A stretch of 16,014 nucleotides of DNA from an uncultured bacterium. Lineage in GTDB: Bacteria > Edwardsbacteria > AC1 > EtOH8. Positions 1-6,783 of the stretch are shown here, in pieces. The notes beneath the pieces were generated by a model. The model was not told the origin of the DNA. It saw only the letters and a list, made by a program, of their open reading frames with translations, and did no database searches. Position numbers and translations under genes: made by a program. Position 1 is the stretch's first letter; each line of letters starts with the position of its first letter. The stretch lies in contig CAWAAX010000007.1 of the NCBI GenBank assembly GCA_963780225.1, positions 1 to 16,014 on the forward strand. The letters are read 5' to 3'.

Positions 1-623
1 TCCAGCGCTTTGCTGTAAGCCAGAAGCGCGCCGGTGTGGTCATTGGCCATCAGGGCCGCCATGCCCTGCTGGCTCAGTTCCGAGGCCGAAAGCTGGCGGG
101 CATTCTCCAGGTACTTGATCTGATCGGAGAATTTGGAGGCCTCGGATGAAGCCTGGGACAATTGCCGGTTGAGCTGGGCGATCTCCTTTAAGGCCTGGTC
201 TGTTTTTTGCCTAAGAGCTTCCAACTCGGCCGTCTTGTTCTGGTCATCCCGCAGGCGTTTGACCGCCAGCTCCACGCTGTCAGGGTCGGCGTCCATCTGG
301 ACCTTGATCCAATACTGGGTCCCGTCCCATTTTTCCTCGACAAGTTTTGTCTGCACGGCTCCGGCGGTGAAAACGGAGACATCGTCGCTTACCACCATGC
401 CGTTCTGGACGGTGGTGGAGCTTTTGAGGAATGTACCCAGTTCTTCCAAAAGCAGTCGCTTGGCCTCGGTCATGGCAATGGCCCGGCAGGTCAGCCGGCT
501 GTCGTATTCCCCGGCCTGGTAGGTGTATTCGCGGACAAATGACTTGTTTTCTGCATTTACATTAACTGTAAACAGTAAACTTATTAACGCTGAGAGCCAT
601 AAGCTCTTGGATACTGTTCTCAT
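1..623 (-). CDS. Secreted protein with coiled-coil and start of a TPR-like region (3' partial, runs off the window)
   Basis: Not in the ORF track because no stop lies in the window. Manual translation from ATG at 623, 1 nt after the SulP stop: MRTVSKSLWLSALISLLFTVNVNA-ENKSFVREYTYQAGEYDSRLTCRAIAMTEAKRLLLEELGTF...AELEALRQKTDQALKEIAQLNRQL...QQGMAALMANDHTGALLAYSKAL. This gives a signal peptide, a heptad-like segment and a TPR-like helix pair. Confidence 0.75.
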   Translation of the reverse strand, partial: MRTVSKSLWLSALISLLFTVNVNAENKSFVREYTYQAGEYDSRLTCRAIAMTEAKRLLLEELGTFLKSSTTVQNGMVVSDDVSVFTAGAVQTKLVEEKWDGTQYWIKVQMDADPDSVELAVKRLRDDQNKTAELEALRQKTDQALKEIAQLNRQLSQASSEASKFSDQIKYLENARQLSASELSQQGMAALMANDHTGALLAYSKAL

Positions 624-624
624 T

Positions 625-2778
625 TTACTCCTTTATCCCCTTGAACACTTCCAGCACTTCTTCCACGCTCTTGGCCTCCAACAGCCTCTGCCTTGGCTCC
701 TCCCGGCCCACCGCCAGGGTTATAAGTTTTAAGACTTTCAGGTAAACGTTGACATTGTCCCCGGCCGAGATCATCAGAATAAGTTTCACCGGCTGGCCGT
801 CTATGCCGTCGTAACCCGCTATGGCCTTTTTGAGCTTGATGAATATCACCACGATCTCGTCCGAGGCCGCCCCGGAGCGGGAATGCGGAATTGCCACCCC
901 GTGGCCCAGACTGGTGGGCGAGTCGTTCTCTCGATGCCACAGGTTGTCCAGGAAAGCTTTTTTGTCGTAGACATATCCGGCCTGCAAAGCCTTCTGGGCC
1001 GCGTCTTCGAACAACTCCTCCTTGGTTTGAGCCTCGGCGTCTATGATGACCAGGTCGTCCTTGAAATAATCGGCCAGGCTGGGCTGAATGTTCTGGGACA
1101 GCGAGACCGCGTAGTCCACCGCCTTGTACAGGTCATCGGGGAAGCTGTCGATGCCTATCTTCTGGATGATCTCCAGTTCGTGCAGCACCTGCCGCACATC
1201 CGGGCGCAGGCCGGACAGGATCACCCGTTTCTTCTTGGCCTTCATCCGGCTGACCACGTTCTCGATGGCCTGGGCCCCGGAGAGGTCCAGCACCGGCACG
1301 TTCTTCATATCCAATATCAATGTGTCGGGCGAGGCCTGGGTCAGCTCCCGGGAAAATGTCTTGACCGCCCCGAAGAACAGCGGGCCTTCTATGTTGAAGA
1401 CCGCTATCTTCTGTTTTTTCATGATCTCCTTGGTCTCCGGCGACAGGCCTTTCAGCTCGGACTCGGTCCGGGGGATCACACCCAGCTTGCTCATCCGGTT
1501 AAGGAAGAGCATGGTGGCCAGCACCATCCCGATCAGCACGGCGGAAATCAGGTCGGCGAACACCGTCACCAGCATGGTGGTTACCATCACCAGTGAATCG
1601 GCGGCCGGGGTTTTGGGGATCATCTTAAGCGGCTCCCACTCGAACATCCCGATGGCCGCCATCATCAGCACCCCGGCCAGGGCCGCCAGGGGGATGAACC
1701 CGGCGATGGGCGCCAGGAAAAGAACCACCATCAGCAGGAACAGCCCGCAGATGACCCCGGACAGCCGGGTGACCCCGCCGGAGCGGATGTTGATGGTTGT
1801 CCGGACGATGGCCCCGGTCCCGGCGATGCCGCCGAACAGCGCGGCCAGTGAATTGCCTATGCCCTGTCCCACCAGCTCCCGGTTGCTGTTGTGCTCGGTG
1901 TTGGTCACCGTGTCCACCACCACGCTGGCCAAGAGTGTCTCCAGGCATCCCAGGATGGCGATGGTGAACCCGGCCGGAATGGCCTTGCGCCAGGCGGCCA
2001 GCGAAGCGGTGGGCCACGAAGGCAGCTGCAATGACCGGGGGATCTCTCCCACTAATTTCAAGCCGCCGGCATCATAAAAGGAGAATCCCTGCCAGTTGAA
2101 ACCGATGTTGAAAAGGGCGTAGTGCGAGGCGAAGAAATAAGCCACCAAAGACCCCAGCACCAGCCCTATGAAAAGTTTGGGCAGCGACCGGTTGAACATC
2201 GGGGTCAGCACTATGAAGCCGATGGTGATGGCCGCCACCAGCGGGGCCGCGGCAAAGGTCTTCAGCTGCTGTAAAAAGATCAAAATGGCTATTCCGTTGG
2301 TGAAGCCCACTATCACCGGCTGGGGTACAAAGCTTACAAAGCGGCCCAGCTTGAAAAGACCAAAAGCCATCTGGATGATCCCGGCGATCAGGCAGGCCAG
2401 CAGCAGGGCGTTCATGGCCGCGTGATAGTTTCCGCCCCGGCTCACTTCCACAAAAACCTCGGTCAGCACCACAGTCATCCCGCCGGTGGGGCCGGTGATC
2501 TGCTGGCTGGTGCCGCCGAACAGCGAGGCCAGGATGCCGGTGAAGATTGCGCCGTAGAGCCCGGCCACCGCCCCCCGCGGATCGCCGTTGGTTGCCAGAA
2601 TGCCGAAGCCCAGGGCCAGGGGCAGGGCCACGATGGCCGAGGTCAGCCCGCCCAGCAGGTCGCCCTTGATATTCTTGAGGTCGAACTTCAGGTATTCTTC
2701 GAAATTGAATTCCTTGAAATACTCCACCGGGTTGAATTTCTGGGTCAAGCCCGCTATTTTTGCAGTGTACTGTTGCAT
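625..2778 (-). CDS. SulP/SLC26 anion transporter with STAS domain and C-terminal PTS EIIA type-2 (Fru/Mtl/Ntr) domain
   Basis: SulP motifs GDLLGGLTSAIVALPLALGFG, GLYGAI, QITGPTG, NRELVGQGIGN; STAS segment IEGPLFFGA...LILDMKNVPVLDLSG; EIIA motif RE...TSLGHGVAIPH...DGQPVKLILMI. RBS AAGGAA precedes the ATG. Confidence 0.92.
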   Translation of the reverse strand: MQQYTAKIAGLTQKFNPVEYFKEFNFEEYLKFDLKNIKGDLLGGLTSAIVALPLALGFGILATNGDPRGAVAGLYGAIFTGILASLFGGTSQQITGPTGGMTVVLTEVFVEVSRGGNYHAAMNALLLACLIAGIIQMAFGLFKLGRFVSFVPQPVIVGFTNGIAILIFLQQLKTFAAAPLVAAITIGFIVLTPMFNRSLPKLFIGLVLGSLVAYFFASHYALFNIGFNWQGFSFYDAGGLKLVGEIPRSLQLPSWPTASLAAWRKAIPAGFTIAILGCLETLLASVVVDTVTNTEHNSNRELVGQGIGNSLAALFGGIAGTGAIVRTTINIRSGGVTRLSGVICGLFLLMVVLFLAPIAGFIPLAALAGVLMMAAIGMFEWEPLKMIPKTPAADSLVMVTTMLVTVFADLISAVLIGMVLATMLFLNRMSKLGVIPRTESELKGLSPETKEIMKKQKIAVFNIEGPLFFGAVKTFSRELTQASPDTLILDMKNVPVLDLSGAQAIENVVSRMKAKKKRVILSGLRPDVRQVLHELEIIQKIGIDSFPDDLYKAVDYAVSLSQNIQPSLADYFKDDLVIIDAEAQTKEELFEDAAQKALQAGYVYDKKAFLDNLWHRENDSPTSLGHGVAIPHSRSGAASDEIVVIFIKLKKAIAGYDGIDGQPVKLILMISAGDNVNVYLKVLKLITLAVGREEPRQRLLEAKSVEEVLEVFKGIKE

Positions 2779-2786
2779 GGTTCCTT

Positions 2787-3377
2787 TTACTTCCCTTTCA
2801 ACGCTTCTCTTATTAATTGTTCAACTGGAATACTATCCCCCAGCTTGGCCTTAGCCCTGTCCAATGCGCTCTTAGCTTCAGCAAAATTCAGCCCCAGGGT
2901 CATCAAGGCTTCTATCACCGGATCATTCGTCCCTCCGAGTTGTCCTTTGATCGTCGGCAGACCATCCACCACTGCCTCGGCGATCTTGCCCTTCAGCTCC
3001 ACCAGCAGCCGCTCGGCCGTCTTCTTGCCGATCCCGGAGATCGAGGTCAGCATGGTCATGTCCTGGTTGGCCACCGCCTGCTCCAGGTTCTCAGGGGACA
3101 TATGGGAAAGCAGGGTCAGCGCCAGCTTGGGCCCGATCCCCGAGATGCCGATTAGTATCTTAAAGACCTTGCGCTCCTTGTCATCGCTGAAACCGAACAG
3201 CTGCAGTACGTCCTCCTTGACGTGCAGGTAGGTCAGCAGCTTGGCCTGGTTGCCCGCCTCCGGCAGTTTTTCAAAGGTGTTCAGCGAGATGCTGATCTGG
3301 TAGCCCACCCCGTTGGCCTCGATCACCGCCTCGGCCGGGTGTTTGTGTATCAGGGTGCCCTTGATGTGATGGTACAT
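2787..3377 (-). CDS. ruvA: Holliday junction branch migration protein RuvA
   Basis: IEANGVGY, TYLHVKED..LFGF, HhH motifs ISGIGPKLAL and ISGIGKKTAERLLVELK, C-terminal EALMTLG; adjacent to ruvC. Confidence 0.97.
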   Translation of the reverse strand: MYHHIKGTLIHKHPAEAVIEANGVGYQISISLNTFEKLPEAGNQAKLLTYLHVKEDVLQLFGFSDDKERKVFKILIGISGIGPKLALTLLSHMSPENLEQAVANQDMTMLTSISGIGKKTAERLLVELKGKIAEAVVDGLPTIKGQLGGTNDPVIEALMTLGLNFAEAKSALDRAKAKLGDSIPVEQLIREALKGK

Positions 3378-3412
3378 ATGTTATCCTGGATTTTTCTAAT
3401 TATCAGATGTTT

Positions 3413-3472
3413 CCCCTTCCCTTTTGGGGAAGGGGTCAGGGGCCTGCCCTGAGCATTGTCGAATGGGTTAGG
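3413..3472. repeat. CCCCTTCCC-TTTT-GGGGAAGGGG hairpin element with nested 24-bp module (3442-3465)
   Basis: ccccttcccttttggggaaggggtcaggg[gcctgccctgagcattgtcgaatg]ggttagg; the same host family occurs at 10679 and 11332. Confidence 0.7.
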
Positions 3473-3475
3473 TCC

Positions 3476-3536
3476 GGGCGATTCGTCCTACTACGCCACC
3501 TTTAGCGGCTACGTCGGACGCGTGAATCGCCCCTAC
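3476..3536 (-). repeat. GTAG-type REP-like palindrome with an internal second hairpin
   Basis: The minus strand reads GTAG-GGGCGATTC...GAATCGCCC (arms 3524-3532 and 3476-3484), with a ~39-nt insert containing the imperfect hairpin ctacgccacctttagcggctacgtcgg. Confidence 0.65.
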
Positions 3537-3564
3537 AATATTCTGTTTTCTTGTGAACTATTTT

Positions 3565-4086
3565 CTATCTCCCTCTCCGCAACGGGGAGGGATTAAGGGA
3601 GGGGTCAACCTTTTGTGTGAATTGCCTCCTCTGCCAGTGACACATCGCCACCGCCAGGGCGTCGGCTTCGTCCTCCTGGGGATTGACCTTTAAACCCAGC
3701 AGCGCCCGGATCATGAAGCTCACCTGCCCCTTGCCGGCCCGGCCCTGCCCCACTACCGCCTTCTTGACCTCCAGCGGAGAATACTCAAAAAGCTTGCAGC
3801 CGGCCTGCTCCACCGCCAGCAGGCAGACGCCCCGGGCGTGGCCCATCACCAGCGCGCTGTGAACGTTCTTGCCGAAAAAAGTGGCCTCCACCGCCGCTTC
3901 CTGGGGCTGGTACTTTTGGATGATCTGGCTCAATCCCTGGTGGATGGTCAGCAGGCGGGCCGAAAGGGAAGCCCCCGGCCGTGCCTTTAGGCACCCGAGG
4001 GCTATTACCTTGCTTTGGCTACCGCCGCATTCTATCAGGCCGTACCCAGTCTTATGGCTTCCGGGATCTATTCCTAAGATTATCAT
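3565..4086 (-). CDS. ruvC: Crossover junction endodeoxyribonuclease RuvC
   Basis: MIILGIDPGS..TGYG, AAVEATFF, HARGV, EYSPLEVKKAVVGQGRAGK.QV, DEADALAVA. Start moved to ATG 4086 because the 14 upstream codons of the ORF track come from a repeat. Confidence 0.96.
   Translation of the reverse strand: MIILGIDPGSHKTGYGLIECGGSQSKVIALGCLKARPGASLSARLLTIHQGLSQIIQKYQPQEAAVEATFFGKNVHSALVMGHARGVCLLAVEQAGCKLFEYSPLEVKKAVVGQGRAGKGQVSFMIRALLGLKVNPQEDEADALAVAMCHWQRRQFTQKVDPSLNPSPLRRGR
3568..3608 (-). repeat. TTGACCCCTCCC..CCCTCCCCG.TGCGGAGAGGGA hairpin element forming the ruvC 3' end
   Basis: Minus-strand ttgacccctcccttaatccctccccgttgcggagagggaga closely matches plus-strand 13438-13475 ttgacccctcccctgcccctccccgctgcggagaggga. 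Confidence 0.8.
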
Positions 4087-4105
4087 AGTTTTCAACTGGG
4101 GTTTT

Positions 4106-4187
4106 GCCACAAAGACACTAAGACACAAACACGAATAACCATTAAAAAATAAGATTATCTGCTTTAGTGCCTTTGTGACTTAGTGGC
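4106..4187. repeat. Long imperfect inverted repeat with periodic arms (GCCACAAAGACACTAAG family)
   Basis: Left arm gccacaaagacactaagacacaaac; the right arm reverse-complements to gccactaagtcacaaaggcactaaag; AT-rich spacer. Relatives lie at 11558-11658 and 9194-9220. Confidence 0.75.
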
Positions 4188-4197
4188 TGGTATAAAT

Positions 4198-4947
4198 TTA
4201 TTTGTCCAGTTTGGCCATCACGTCGGCCGGGATGTCAAAGTTGCTGTAGACCTTCTGGGTGTCGTCGAACTCCTCAATGGCGTCCATAAGCTTGAGCATG
4301 GTGGTAGCCTGGCTGAAGTCAAGCTGGACGGTGTTCTGCGGGATCTTGGTGATCTCGGCCGAAAGGGTGGGGATCTTCTTGTCCTCCAGGGCCTTTTTGA
4401 CCGCTTCGAAGGCGGTTGGGGTGCTTAGCACCTCAAAGGTCCCGTCTTCGGGCGTGACATCATCGGCTCCGGCGTCCAAAGCCACCGACATCAGGGTGTC
4501 CTCGTCGGTGACCGAGGAATCCACCGAGAACACGCCCTTGGTCTCGAACATCCAGGACACGCAGCCCTGGGACCCCATGTTGCCGCCGTTCTTGCTGAAC
4601 AGGTGGCGCAGCTCCGCCGCGGTGCGGTTCTTGTTGTCGGTGACCGTGTCCAGCATCACCGCCACCCCGTTGGGGCCGTAGCCTTCGTAGGTCACCTCTT
4701 CGTAGATCACTCCCTCCAGCTCGCCGGTGCCCTTTTTGATGGCCCGGTCGATGTTATCGGCCGGCATGTTGGCGCCCTTGGCGGAAAGAATGGCGGTCCG
4801 CAGGCGGGGGTTCATGTTGGGGTCTCCGCCTCCGTTGCGGGCGGCAATGGTTATTTCCTTGATCAGCCTGGTAAAAGCCTGGCCCCGGGCGGAGTCGATG
4901 CCGGCTTTTTTACGCTTGATAGTTGCCCATTTAGAGTGTCCGGACAT
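4198..4947 (-). CDS. yebC: YebC/PmpR family protein
   Basis: MSGHSKWATIKRKK, NPRLR, YEGYGPNGVAV, TDNKNRT, VYSNFD; GGAGG RBS; canonical yebC-ruvC-ruvA order. Confidence 0.96.
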   Translation of the reverse strand: MSGHSKWATIKRKKAGIDSARGQAFTRLIKEITIAARNGGGDPNMNPRLRTAILSAKGANMPADNIDRAIKKGTGELEGVIYEEVTYEGYGPNGVAVMLDTVTDNKNRTAAELRHLFSKNGGNMGSQGCVSWMFETKGVFSVDSSVTDEDTLMSVALDAGADDVTPEDGTFEVLSTPTAFEAVKKALEDKKIPTLSAEITKIPQNTVQLDFSQATTMLKLMDAIEEFDDTQKVYSNFDIPADVMAKLDK

Positions 4948-5025
4948 TTTATTTTAACCTCCGTATATCAAAAATTAGAAGATAATTTACGCCCAATTAT
5001 TGCCGTAATTGGTTGATAAACTATA

Positions 5026-5054
5026 ATTTTACCGCAAAAGCCCGGAGTTGTCAA
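5026..5054 (-). promoter_or_regulatory. sigma70-type promoter for yebC-ruvC-ruvA
   Basis: Minus strand TTGACA (5054-5049), 17-nt spacer, TAAAAT (5031-5026). Confidence 0.75.
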
Positions 5055-5099
5055 GCGTTAAAGGCCGTTGTATCCCCGTCGGAAAGCATTATCCAAAGA

Positions 5100-6020
5100 T
5101 CAATGCAGTTTCGGCCCGAAGGTGGTGCTGCTGTAATGCTTGCCCCATTCCTTTTTGATGCTGACCATGATCACCAAATTACCGTCGGCCATGCCTTCGA
5201 CCTGCGATATCACCGTGCCTACGCTGATCTTCCAGTCAGGGGCGTTGCGGAACGGCCTGAGGTCTATATCCATGCCGTAGTCGAACCGGGTGGAGGAATA
5301 GGTGGAATCATTGTAACTGGTCATTAATACTGTATCCATCTCAAAGGGTATATAGGATGTGACAAAAATCCATTGGTAAGGATAGCTGGTGCTCATCGAG
5401 GTGCTGCTCCAGTTGAATCTAGCAAACGGTACCAGGGAGACAAAATAATTTAGCGGGATATCGGCCACCACACCCATGGGTAAACCGATCTCGTTGGTAT
5501 TAACGGAGAATTTCCGTCCGAGGTTCATGAAGTTATCCATTTCAAATTGGGTGCCGTTGAAATCAAACCCCATAAACATGGCCACGGTTGGCTTTTTGGC
5601 AATAATCTCCCCGGCGATGTCCCTCTTTTCGCCCTTAACCAGGTCTATCACCATGGTGGCCCCCATGGCCATGGCGGAGGCCGGATTATCTTCGACGATA
5701 TCGGTCGTGGGGTCCTTGAACGGCACGTTAAGTCCCAAGTACATGAAATGGGACAGCAGTCCGAAACCGTTGGTGAAGCCCCGGGACATCTCCATGTTAA
5801 AACCCTTGCCGGTGGGCGATTCATCCATTTCCGAGTCTTCCGGCAAGCCCAGTTTCATGTACATATAGGTAAAGGTAAATTGCTTGGTCCCCTTGAAAAA
5901 ATCCAGGCAGGAGATGGGCGGCGGGGTGGGTTTTAGTTTTATCCCGCCGTCATCCTCCTGGGCCAAAAGCGGCGAGACCAGAACCAGAGCCATTGTCAGG
6001 GCGATCAAAAGTTTTTTCAT
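5100..6020 (-). CDS. Hypothetical secreted protein, beta-strand rich (possible outer-membrane barrel)
   Basis: Signal peptide MKKLLIALTMALVLVSPLLA-QEDD; alternating hydrophobic/aromatic strands (FTFTYMYM, FMGFDFNG, LVPFARFNW, FDYGMDIDL); ATGA overlap with the CsgG-like gene. Confidence 0.75.
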   Translation of the reverse strand: MKKLLIALTMALVLVSPLLAQEDDGGIKLKPTPPPISCLDFFKGTKQFTFTYMYMKLGLPEDSEMDESPTGKGFNMEMSRGFTNGFGLLSHFMYLGLNVPFKDPTTDIVEDNPASAMAMGATMVIDLVKGEKRDIAGEIIAKKPTVAMFMGFDFNGTQFEMDNFMNLGRKFSVNTNEIGLPMGVVADIPLNYFVSLVPFARFNWSSTSMSTSYPYQWIFVTSYIPFEMDTVLMTSYNDSTYSSTRFDYGMDIDLRPFRNAPDWKISVGTVISQVEGMADGNLVIMVSIKKEWGKHYSSTTFGPKLH

Positions 6021-6706
6021 TTCTTTTCTCCATTATTAAGCTGTTTGGCATCCACCATTCCGGCGATTTTTGTTACGATCTGGTTGACGGCCTTGCGGGT
6101 GGCCATGCCGATGGTGGTCTCGTCAAATCCGGTGGTTCCGAATTCAAAGGTCAGGGCCACGCCCTGGGTGGTGGTGCTGCTGGTGCCGATGCCGGTGGCC
6201 CCGCCGGTTATCTCGGCTGTTTCCGAATCCACCATCCTGGCGTCCACCACCACCCTGGTGGTGATGGTCTTTTTGCCGCCCACCCCCACAAAGGCCGACG
6301 TCTTGCGGATCCCGAATTCGCTGACCTCGCCGATGATCACCGCTTTGGCTCCCAGCATTCTGCCAACCTTGGCTGCGGTCTGAGGCGTCACAGCCCCGGT
6401 CAACCCCAGTTTCTGCTCGGCAAATATCTTCTTTAACACTTCCTCGTTACGCTCCACCACCGTAAAGCGGCCCGAATTGACCAAGGCGGTGATCAGCATG
6501 CTGGAGATCCCCCGCCCGATCCGGGGATCCTCAAAGTCGGTTTTGTTATCCAGATCCAGCACGGCGATGATCTGCTTCCTGCCGGCATAGGGCGGCAGAT
6601 CCAATTTCAAATCTGCGGTGTTCTCCAAGGGAGGCATGGTGGTAGTGGCCGCACAACCGATTAAAAAACAGATCTGGAGGACTAAAAATACCTTTTTCAT
6701 TGCCAT
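6017..6706 (-). CDS. CsgG/HfaB family lipoprotein
   Basis: Lipobox LIG-C; IAVLDLDNKT, MLITALVNSGRFTVVER, AAKVGRMLGAKAVIIGEVSEF and VDARMVDSETAEI are typical of CsgG-like proteins. Confidence 0.85.
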   Translation of the reverse strand: MAMKKVFLVLQICFLIGCAATTTMPPLENTADLKLDLPPYAGRKQIIAVLDLDNKTDFEDPRIGRGISSMLITALVNSGRFTVVERNEEVLKKIFAEQKLGLTGAVTPQTAAKVGRMLGAKAVIIGEVSEFGIRKTSAFVGVGGKKTITTRVVVDARMVDSETAEITGGATGIGTSSTTTQGVALTFEFGTTGFDETTIGMATRKAVNQIVTKIAGMVDAKQLNNGEKK

Positions 6707-6783
6707 AGTGTCCCTTTGGAATTAATAAAAATTAATGCCGCCCACTTGCGATCAATGTTTTTTACAATAGATTATCCGCGAAG

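Noticed and set aside
2686..2739. 9-aa quasi-repeat at the SulP N-terminus (FNPVEYFKE / FNFEEYLKF)
   Set aside because: Only two degenerate copies in a variable N-terminal tail, with no supportable function.
3384..3406. Weak similarity between the ruvA upstream region and the first ruvC codons
   Set aside because: Short, gapped and AT-rich; not distinguishable from chance.
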